From NCBI GenBank assembly GCA_947384955.1, contig CANDJC010000005.1, positions 2,268-66,267 of the forward strand: a stretch of DNA of 64,000 bases, given 5' to 3'. The notes under the pieces are model-generated. The model had not been told where the DNA came from, did no database searches, and saw only the letters and a program-made list of their open reading frames with translations. Source of the stretch: an uncultured Eubacterium sp. Its GTDB lineage: Bacteria > Bacillota > Clostridia > Lachnospirales > Lachnospiraceae. The translations under genes and the position numbers were made by a program. Positions 52,933 to 61,996 of this stretch are shown here, one piece after another; within the stretch, counting starts at the first letter, position 1; each line of letters opens with the position of its first letter.

Positions 52933-55900
52933 ATGGGAGCTTTTAAAACAAAAGCAAGGGCCATTGAGTTATTAGGGAAAAAGCAGATTCGTGACAGTGT
53001 GACTGCGCTGGCTGAGATTATGAAAAATGCACATGATGCGGATGCCGGGCTTTTAAGGGTTGAGTTTTTGACGAAACAGGAACAGGTTCCCTGTATTGTC
53101 ATCTGTGATACAGGGGTGGGAATGGACAGGGAAGATTTGGAAAATAAGTGGTTTGTACTGGGCACTTCGTCCAAATTTGATAACCGGGAAAAGAAGTCGC
53201 CGGGCGGCAGAATCCTGATGGGAGAAAAGGGGATAGGAAGACTTGCCATTTCCCGTCTGGGACAGCAGATGTGGATGTTTACGAAAAAGAAAAATACGGG
53301 CTGGAATATTGTATATATCAACTGGAATATTTTTGAAAACCCGGACCTGTTTATTGAAGATATTAATATTCCGGTTTCTTATGACGGGAAGCTCAGCCAG
53401 ATTTCAGAGATAACTGCAAATCTTGAGAAAATGCAGACAGGCAATTTGAAAAGCGCCAGCTGGAAGACTCCGAAAAATGTGAATAAAAAGAAGCTGATAG
53501 AAAAGCAGATAAAAGAATCCAGACTGGATGAGGAACTGATAGATGATTTCTGCAGTATTATTGAAGAAAATGGTGTAAAACAGGGAACGGTTATTTTTTC
53601 CCTGAATTTAAATGATGACTGGGACAGATACCTGGACCCGGATACAACTGCCGATATGGATATGCTGGCTGTCAGAAATTATAACCGGCTGAATGCTTTT
53701 ATTACGGATTTTGGAACAAAGGAACCTGATTTTCAGGTGGAACTTTTTCACAATGGAAAATCCCTTGAATTTTCATCCGGTTTTACAGAAGAAGATTACG
53801 AAATATACGATTTACGAATTCAGGGAAGTGTGGAACATGGCTTGTTTCAGGGACATATCGATGCAAGAAATGCTGACAGTGCTATTTTAAATCAGTGTAA
53901 CGAGATACTGAAAAAAGGAATTACAGTTACAGCAGGAATCAGGGACTGGGAAAATGAAGACTGCGGAAAATATGAAGTGAAGTTCTGCCATTTCGAAATG
54001 GATAAAAAAAATACGGGACTGACTTTCACAGAATGGAATCTCATTAAGCAGCGCATGGATAAAGCAGGCGGAATCGGTGTGTATCGTGATAACGTCCGTG
54101 TACTGCCTTATGGGGAACCGGATAATGATTTTCTGGAACTGGAAATGCGCAGAAGTAAAAGTGCTACATTTTATCTGTTCAGTCATCGAAATATGTTTGG
54201 GAGGATAGACATTACTTCTCTTGAGAATCCGCATTTGGAAGATAAATCAAGCAGAGAGGGTTTTATTGAAAATCAGTATTACAATTATTTTATCCGTACC
54301 ATTCAGAATCTTTTAGTCAGAATCGCAGTAGAATTCGCAGGCGAGATGAATAAAAATTCCTTTAAGCTAAGAAGAAGCTACCTGAATTACAATAATAAGA
54401 AAAAGAAAGAACAGATACAGATACAGGAGTTTGAAAAGGAACAGGAACGTTTGCTGGCAGAGGACAGCGCGAGAGCAGAGAGACTGCTGAAGGAGAATAT
54501 TCCGAAGCTTACACAGTTTGAAGAAGAGATTCAAAAAAGGCTGAAGGCACTGAGAGAGATAGAGTATGATTCATACACCCGGTATAATCATTTGATTGAA
54601 AATGAAAGAAAAGTGAAATCCTGCCGCTATGGGATGGAAGGTTATATTTCAGATACAAAAAGGACTCTGCACATTAGTATAAACGAACGATTAGAAAGCA
54701 GATATGAACCGCAGCTGTTAGAACGGATAGATATGTTTGATGAAAGATTAGAAGATGTGACACAAAGTTCAGCGGAAGAGATGCGGTCATTATGCGAATA
54801 TATTCTGAACCTGAACCATTTACGGCTGCAGGCATACCATGAGGATTTTGAAAAACAGACCGGGGCAGGAATGGATGAAGTTTTGTCTGATGTGAAGGAA
54901 TATCTGGATAAGACAAGAACGATGCTTGCGCAGATGGCAAAAGAAGCGCAGGATCATGCAGACATCAGATATGATAAATTAATGCAGAAAGCTGACCGCA
55001 TCAGGGACTATGAACAGGATATTTTAAAGTTTAAGCGTGAATCCAGTGAAATTATTTACCATGGACTGTGTGCTATTAATTTAAATCTGGACGCTGTCGA
55101 ATATGCGGTGAAAGACCCGGGAACGCCGCAGGAGCTGATAGATGCCCGGGATAAAATCAGCGCCAGGGAAGAAGAGATATATTCTGAAATGGAACAGGCT
55201 GTCAGGAATATTGAGGAGCGTTATGCTGTGATTGACAGCAGATTAGATGAAATATTATGCAGATACGATACCGACGATGCGTCGCTCATACGTCAGCTGA
55301 CGACGCGGAATAATGAGCTAAAACAGTTAAACGATATGTATGCGGATCTGGCTAATCTGGGAATGGCGGCGGAGATTGTCAGTCATGAATTTAATCAGAT
55401 GTTTCATAATATCTATGACGCAGTGAACCAGCTGCGGTTTCAGGGTGTTTCAAAAGAGGGCAGATATTATCTGAATCAGATAGATATTGGATTTCGGTCT
55501 GTATCAGACCGTCTGAGTCAGATGTCCCCGATGTACAGAAGCAGGAGCATGTACAAAAAGAAAGTAAATATACATGATATGTTAGAAGATGTGCATTCTT
55601 TTTTTGAGAGCCGGATGCAGAAACAGAGTGTGAAGTTTATCAATGATGTGCCTCGGGAGCTGGTATTAAAAATATCGCTTTCGAAAATATATCCGGTAAT
55701 ATCGAACCTGTTTTACAATTCTTTGTACTGGATGGCAGATAAGAAAAACAGAATGATTCTGGTAAGATACGAAAAAGCAGAAGAAGCCCTGTATGTCGAG
55801 GATTCCGGAGAAGGCATTGCCGTCCGGAATAAGGAACGGGTTTTTGAACCGTTCTTTTCCCTGAAGAAGGACGGAAGGGGACTCGGGCTGGCAATTTCCA

Positions 55901-56013
55901 GAAATGTGCTGGAAGCTCAGGGACATAAAATAGAAGCCGTTACTGAGCCGGAAAGCAAATGTCTGGAAGGAGCATGTTTTAAAATTACGTTTGGAACGGA
56001 GGAAGGGGAATGA
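52933..56013 (+). CDS. GHKL (MORC/MutL-like) ATPase fused via a coiled coil to a histidine kinase
   Basis: N-terminal EIMKNAHDA, DTGVGM, GEKGIGR; C-terminal H-box VSHEF, N-box NLFYNS, DSGEGI, FEPFFS, GRGLGL. Confidence 0.88.
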   Translation: MGAFKTKARAIELLGKKQIRDSVTALAEIMKNAHDADAGLLRVEFLTKQEQVPCIVICDTGVGMDREDLENKWFVLGTSSKFDNREKKSPGGRILMGEKGIGRLAISRLGQQMWMFTKKKNTGWNIVYINWNIFENPDLFIEDINIPVSYDGKLSQISEITANLEKMQTGNLKSASWKTPKNVNKKKLIEKQIKESRLDEELIDDFCSIIEENGVKQGTVIFSLNLNDDWDRYLDPDTTADMDMLAVRNYNRLNAFITDFGTKEPDFQVELFHNGKSLEFSSGFTEEDYEIYDLRIQGSVEHGLFQGHIDARNADSAILNQCNEILKKGITVTAGIRDWENEDCGKYEVKFCHFEMDKKNTGLTFTEWNLIKQRMDKAGGIGVYRDNVRVLPYGEPDNDFLELEMRRSKSATFYLFSHRNMFGRIDITSLENPHLEDKSSREGFIENQYYNYFIRTIQNLLVRIAVEFAGEMNKNSFKLRRSYLNYNNKKKKEQIQIQEFEKEQERLLAEDSARAERLLKENIPKLTQFEEEIQKRLKALREIEYDSYTRYNHLIENERKVKSCRYGMEGYISDTKRTLHISINERLESRYEPQLLERIDMFDERLEDVTQSSAEEMRSLCEYILNLNHLRLQAYHEDFEKQTGAGMDEVLSDVKEYLDKTRTMLAQMAKEAQDHADIRYDKLMQKADRIRDYEQDILKFKRESSEIIYHGLCAINLNLDAVEYAVKDPGTPQELIDARDKISAREEEIYSEMEQAVRNIEERYAVIDSRLDEILCRYDTDDASLIRQLTTRNNELKQLNDMYADLANLGMAAEIVSHEFNQMFHNIYDAVNQLRFQGVSKEGRYYLNQIDIGFRSVSDRLSQMSPMYRSRSMYKKKVNIHDMLEDVHSFFESRMQKQSVKFINDVPRELVLKISLSKIYPVISNLFYNSLYWMADKKNRMILVRYEKAEEALYVEDSGEGIAVRNKERVFEPFFSLKKDGRGLGLAISRNVLEAQGHKIEAVTEPESKCLEGACFKITFGTEEGE

Positions 56014-57836
56014 CAGGAACTGGTGCAGATAAATTAGCGGAGATACTGAAGCGTTATTTAAATCATATCGTTTACATTGATGATGAATTTAAAATATCCT
56101 GGAACACCCGGGAGCATGATGAAGAAAAGCCCCCGCGAAGAAGCAGCAGAAAATATGCCGGTTCGCAGGCAGAACAGGATGATGCAGCTGCTTTAGAGAG
56201 TAATCTGGAAGCATTCTGTAAGATTGTGCGCAGAGAATATCCTGAAATACTGCTTACTCCTGTTGTGTATGAAGAGCCGATGGATATTGAGAACCTGGTT
56301 ATTCATATGAAACAGGCAAGAATGCTTATTTTGGACTGGAGTCTGTCTGAGAGAGTTACAGCGGTGAAACTTCTTAAGCGGGCGGAGTTTTTTGGGCAGC
56401 TTCGGTTTTGCGTCATCTATACTTCGAAACTGGATGATGCAAAAAGGGAATTTATAAATGAAATCCCCAATGTGAAAAGAGACGGACTTAAGAGAGGGGA
56501 ATGCAGAGGGAAAGAATATGAGTATGTAAGAGCAGATTCTGTAATTTATCTCATCTGTGAAAAGGATAAATTTGATTTTCATATGATTATGAGTTCTTTA
56601 ACAGAGATATTTATCCAGGAAATAGGATATTTCCCGGTTGCTTTCCTTGATATGGTTGCAAGACTGGAGGAAAAAGTGCCGTACTATTTAAACCAGTTTT
56701 CCTGTCCGTTTGATAAGCTGCTGATGCTGCAGATTAATTCTGACGGCCTTCCGATGAATGATGTATATCACACGATGAATGATATGGTTGTTAACAATAT
56801 AAGAGCTGATATCAATCTTGACGAAAGTGTTCTTGACGGCATTTTCGAAAATCAGATTTATCTGCTCAAGCAGCTTTCAGGCGATGAAGAACGGTTTCAG
56901 GAAAGGCTGTATAAGAGTCTGGATATTATTTCAGACCGCCTGGAATGCCCGGAGAGTGAACGGGCACTTCTAAAGGAGATTCCGCTGGAACATTATAAAA
57001 AAGTTATTGAGAAAGCAGTTCTAAATCCCAGGGATTTATCAAAAGGGTTACATAGTGCCAGTGAAATGCTGGCGAAACAGTATGGCATACAGAAGGCAGA
57101 AAGGCTGATAGCAGAAAGCGGAGCGGCGAATGGCAATGCAGGAATTAAAAAGGAGCTGTCGCGTCTGTATCGGCAGCAGTTCAGGCAGAAAGCAGAGAAA
57201 ATATTTCCGGCATGTCTGATGATTCTGACGAATCCCGATGAGAGTTATCAAATCAACAGACTGATTACTTCACTGAAAATTGTAAATTATAAAGATGGCG
57301 ATAACGTCTTCCCGGAAATTTTTCGTGACTGCTATACTCAGGAAGAAGAATATATGTGCTTAAAGACTGAGGCAGGCAGGCCAAAGCTGGGGCTGCTGCA
57401 AAATAAGCTTAATTCAGGTGATATTTTATATAAACGAGAAGGCGGCATTGAAAAATGTTATCTGTGTATCGTTCCGTCATGTCATATTTTAAGGCCTAAA
57501 AAGGTGGATGGCAATATTTTATTTGTAGAAGGCAGGATTGTGAGTGAGAAGCCGGACAGGAATCTGAAGGACAGCGAACACTTTACGATTCTGCCGGGAG
57601 TGGAAGATGAAAATAAGCTGATGCGTGTAATCTGGCAGTATCATAAAATTGTCAGCCTGGATTTGAACAGAATATTATGCAGTGATTTTGAAAATTTACG
57701 CCGGCCATATAAACTTACATATGAATACGTGCGTCAGATTATGGGGGAATTTGTGGCTTTTTATTCCAAATCCGGGGTAGAAGAGCTGTTTTTAAAAGCA
57801 GATTCGTCTTTGGAGCATTTACTGCTTCGCAGGTAA
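56010..57836 (+). CDS. Atypical receiver-domain protein (Response_reg_2-like), partner of the GHKL-HK
   Basis: IVYIDDE, LILDW, VIYTS; C-terminal YLCIVPSC; ATGA overlap with the upstream gene; no HTH output domain. Confidence 0.78.
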   Translation: MTGTGADKLAEILKRYLNHIVYIDDEFKISWNTREHDEEKPPRRSSRKYAGSQAEQDDAAALESNLEAFCKIVRREYPEILLTPVVYEEPMDIENLVIHMKQARMLILDWSLSERVTAVKLLKRAEFFGQLRFCVIYTSKLDDAKREFINEIPNVKRDGLKRGECRGKEYEYVRADSVIYLICEKDKFDFHMIMSSLTEIFIQEIGYFPVAFLDMVARLEEKVPYYLNQFSCPFDKLLMLQINSDGLPMNDVYHTMNDMVVNNIRADINLDESVLDGIFENQIYLLKQLSGDEERFQERLYKSLDIISDRLECPESERALLKEIPLEHYKKVIEKAVLNPRDLSKGLHSASEMLAKQYGIQKAERLIAESGAANGNAGIKKELSRLYRQQFRQKAEKIFPACLMILTNPDESYQINRLITSLKIVNYKDGDNVFPEIFRDCYTQEEEYMCLKTEAGRPKLGLLQNKLNSGDILYKREGGIEKCYLCIVPSCHILRPKKVDGNILFVEGRIVSEKPDRNLKDSEHFTILPGVEDENKLMRVIWQYHKIVSLDLNRILCSDFENLRRPYKLTYEYVRQIMGEFVAFYSKSGVEELFLKADSSLEHLLLRR

Positions 57837-57902
57837 TCTGCAGATAATCTGTGTGCCGGACTTAAGAAAATAAGGAATTTCACCGGAATTACAAAAAATA
57901 TC

Positions 57903-57931
57903 TTGCAGTATCCCGAATTTCATAATAAAAT
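57903..57931 (+). promoter_or_regulatory. Sigma-A promoter of gdhA
   Basis: TTGCAG-17 nt-TAAAAT upstream of RBS AAGGAG. Confidence 0.6.
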
Positions 57932-57956
57932 AAGGAGCAAAAGACAAATTATATAA

Positions 57957-59309
<1,353 letters not shown>

Positions 59310-59325
59310 TAGAAAGATTTTTGGC

Positions 59326-59361
59326 AAAAAGTCCTGTAAACTTATGTTTACGGGACTTTTT
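59326..59361 (+). terminator. gdhA terminator
   Basis: AAAAAGTCCTGTAAAC-TTAT-GTTTACGGGACTTTTT. Confidence 0.85.
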
Positions 59362-59394
59362 AAATGGAGAAAAAGGGAAACGCGGAGATTAGTT

Positions 59395-61071
59395 ATGGAA
59401 AAAGTTCTGAAAGCGAAAGCTGATAAAAGCAAAGGTGTAAAAGAAGGAAAAGAAGCAAAAAAAGAGAAGAAGGAAAAAAAGAAAAGAAGCAAAAAAGGAA
59501 AAGAAGGAAAAAAAGAAAAAATCAAAGATGTGTATGTCTGGATGCTTCTGCTGGCTGGAACGGCTGCTGTATTTTTTGCATGCTTTGTCCTGTGCTGTTA
59601 CAGAAATTATGAGGATAAAATGGATATCTTAGCTTATATGGCAGCAGATTATGATTCCGGGCTGGATATGGCAGTCGGGCTGCTGAGGGGAGATGAAGAG
59701 AAGCAGGAGCAATTGCAAGAGGAGCAGCCGCAGGAGCAATTGCAAGAGCAGCAGCCGCAAGAGGAGCAGTGGCAAGAGAAGCAGCCGCAGGAGGAGCAGT
59801 GGCAAGAGAAGCAGCCGCAGGAGGAGCAGTGGCAAGAGGAGCAGCCGCAGGAGGAGCAGTGGCAAGAGGAGCAGCCGCAAGAACAGCAAGGGCAACCGCA
59901 AGAACAAAAACAGGAGTATTCGCAAGAGCAGCAGTGGCAACAGCAGCAGCTGGAGCAGTATGGGTATCAGCACAGTTATCAAAACAGGTTCTATGTAGAT
60001 TTTATCAGACAGACAGCGGCGGCCGCTGTCTGCTTAGGTGTTTTTACAGCGGTATTACTGGCAGGTCTGTTTCTGACAGAAAAATACAGACGGAATAAAC
60101 TGGAGACGTATTTAAACAGTCTGGGCCGGTGTCTGTCAGTGTTTCGGGATTATGCAAATTGTCCGGGTACTGACAGACAGGAAGAATTTTCGAAAGACGG
60201 TGCGGGAAGCAGGCAGCCTGATAAGAGCAGGCAAGTGTACCGCAGTGAGGAAGCAGTCAGGGAACCTTTGATACTGGAAGGATATGAAGAGGAATCCGGC
60301 CGCATTTATGAGCAGCTTGAGAGGTTTGAAGAATATTTATCGCTTGCACAGGAGCAGGCTCTTTCAGAAAAGGAAAAGACAAAAAAAATCGTGACAGATA
60401 TTTCACACCAGCTAAAGACGCCCGTGGCAGCTCTGGATACCTGTTTTACAATCTTAGAGGATAAAGAACTTGGGGAGGAGGAGCGCGGAGAATTTTACCA
60501 GCGCTGCAGGGATGAGCTGGACGGGCTGAAAATGCTGTTAGAGTCTATGATTCAGATTTCGCGTATGGAATCCGGCATGATTCAGATTAAAAGGAAAAAA
60601 GCGCCGCTGATGGATACGGTAATTCAGGCAGTGAACCGGATTTATCCGAAAGCATCGGAAAAGCAGATGGAGCTGGTGTTTGACTGTGAACCGCAGATGG
60701 AAGATTCAGAGATTTTGCAGGATTCGAAATGGCTGTGCGAAGCGCTGATGAATGTCCTGGATAATGCGGTGAAATACAGCCCTTGCGGCAGCGAAATCTT
60801 TATCAGAATACAAAAAGGGATTAGTTTTGCAAAGATTGAAATACAGGACCAGGGAATCGGAATCAGGAAAAAGGAGTTTCATAAGGTTTTTCAGCGTTTT
60901 TACCGCGGCAGCAGCAGACAGGTGCAGCAGGCAGAAGGAGCGGGTGTCGGGCTGTATCTGGCGAAACAGATTATCAGCGGGCATCATGGCATGATTTCTG
61001 TAAAGGCAGGGAATGGAAAGAAAGAAGGGTCTGCGGGCAGCGTTTTTGTTATCCGCCTGCCTTTTATGTAG
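59395..61071 (+). CDS. Membrane sensor histidine kinase with Lys-rich N-terminus and Gln/Glu repeat sensor loop
   Basis: Two TM helices; H-box ISHQLKTP, NVLDNAVKYS, DQGIGI, FQRFYRG, GVGLYL; start ATG 59395 after GGAG. Confidence 0.88.
   Translation: MEKVLKAKADKSKGVKEGKEAKKEKKEKKKRSKKGKEGKKEKIKDVYVWMLLLAGTAAVFFACFVLCCYRNYEDKMDILAYMAADYDSGLDMAVGLLRGDEEKQEQLQEEQPQEQLQEQQPQEEQWQEKQPQEEQWQEKQPQEEQWQEEQPQEEQWQEEQPQEQQGQPQEQKQEYSQEQQWQQQQLEQYGYQHSYQNRFYVDFIRQTAAAAVCLGVFTAVLLAGLFLTEKYRRNKLETYLNSLGRCLSVFRDYANCPGTDRQEEFSKDGAGSRQPDKSRQVYRSEEAVREPLILEGYEEESGRIYEQLERFEEYLSLAQEQALSEKEKTKKIVTDISHQLKTPVAALDTCFTILEDKELGEEERGEFYQRCRDELDGLKMLLESMIQISRMESGMIQIKRKKAPLMDTVIQAVNRIYPKASEKQMELVFDCEPQMEDSEILQDSKWLCEALMNVLDNAVKYSPCGSEIFIRIQKGISFAKIEIQDQGIGIRKKEFHKVFQRFYRGSSRQVQQAEGAGVGLYLAKQIISGHHGMISVKAGNGKKEGSAGSVFVIRLPFM
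59707..59880 (+). repeat. In-frame VNTR: 2x27 bp + 4x30 bp
   Basis: GAGGAGCAGTGGCAAGAG(A/G)AGCAGCCGCA(G/A) at 59761, 59791, 59821, 59851 (EEQWQE[K/E]QPQ), preceded by two EQLQExQPQ units. Confidence 0.92.
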
Positions 61072-61077
61072 CGGTTT

Positions 61078-61093
61078 CTTACAAAACTGTAAG
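61078..61093. promoter_or_regulatory. Candidate response-regulator binding site upstream of the ABC transporter
   Basis: CTTACA-AAAC-TGTAAG matches the TNACA-N4-TGTAA box of BceR-like regulators. Confidence 0.65.
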
Positions 61094-61146
61094 CATGATG
61101 TGCTCATTCTGCAAGCGTAATGTAAGGCTGGCATGATATTCTTTCT

Positions 61147-61216
61147 GTAAAGGCAGGCCTGATTCAAAAAAGGAATTTTGAAAGTAAAGGCAGGCCTGAT
61201 TCAAAAAAGGAATTTT
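61147..61216. repeat. 33-bp direct duplication in the ABC transporter leader
   Basis: GTAAAGGCAGGCCTGATTCAAAAAAGGAATTTT at 61147 and 61184. Confidence 0.85.
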
Positions 61217-61287
61217 AGGTGAAAACAAGCCTGAGTTTAGAGAAAACTGGATGAAAAGGCAGTACCTGAAAGAAAGGAGTTTATATT

Positions 61288-61962
61288 ATGCATGCAATTT
61301 TACAGGCAAGAAACTTATGCAAATATTACGGAACCGGAGAAAATCTGGTAAAAGCGGCTGACCGCATCAGTCTGGACATTGAACAGGGAGAGTTTACAGC
61401 GATTGTGGGGAAATCCGGTTCTGGCAAAAGCACGCTTCTGCATCTGCTTGGAGGGCTGGATACGCCGACCTCGGGAAGTGTGCTGGTACGGGGCAAAGAT
61501 ATTTTTAAGATGAAGGAGGAGGAGCTGGCGGTATTTCGCAGGAGAAAAATCGGATTTGTGTTTCAGGCTTATAATCTGGTATCTTCGATTAATGTGTGGG
61601 AAAATATTGTGCTTCCGCTTGGCCTGGATAAGCAGCAGCCGGATACGGCGTATATCAAAGACCTGATTGTTTCACTGGGCATTGCGGACCGGATGCATCA
61701 TCTTCCGAATGCACTGTCAGGAGGGCAGCAGCAGAGAGTGGCGATTGCAAGAGCGCTTGCGGCAAAGCCGGACATTGTGTTTGCAGATGAGCCGACCGGG
61801 AACCTGGACTCGCGCGCAAGCGGGGAAGTAACTGCTCTGCTGAAAATGTCCGCGCAAAAATACGGGCAGACAATTGTCATGATTACGCATGACGAGGAAA
61901 TTGCGCAGGCAGCGGACCGGATTCTTGTTATTGAGGACGGACATGTGGCGGATTTTTCATGA
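61288..61962 (+). CDS. ABC transporter ATP-binding protein (LolD/MacB-type)
   Basis: Walker A GKSGSGKST, LSGGQQQRVAIARAL, DEPTGNLD, ITHD. Confidence 0.95.
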   Translation: MHAILQARNLCKYYGTGENLVKAADRISLDIEQGEFTAIVGKSGSGKSTLLHLLGGLDTPTSGSVLVRGKDIFKMKEEELAVFRRRKIGFVFQAYNLVSSINVWENIVLPLGLDKQQPDTAYIKDLIVSLGIADRMHHLPNALSGGQQQRVAIARALAAKPDIVFADEPTGNLDSRASGEVTALLKMSAQKYGQTIVMITHDEEIAQAADRILVIEDGHVADFS

Positions 61963-61996
61963 AAACAGGACAGACAGGAAAGAGCGGTGAAAATAT

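Noticed and set aside
59629-60098. Leu-rich, Ser/Arg-rich and Ala-rich ORFs in other frames
   Set aside because: Alternative frames of the 30-bp VNTR, which is stop-free because of periodicity.
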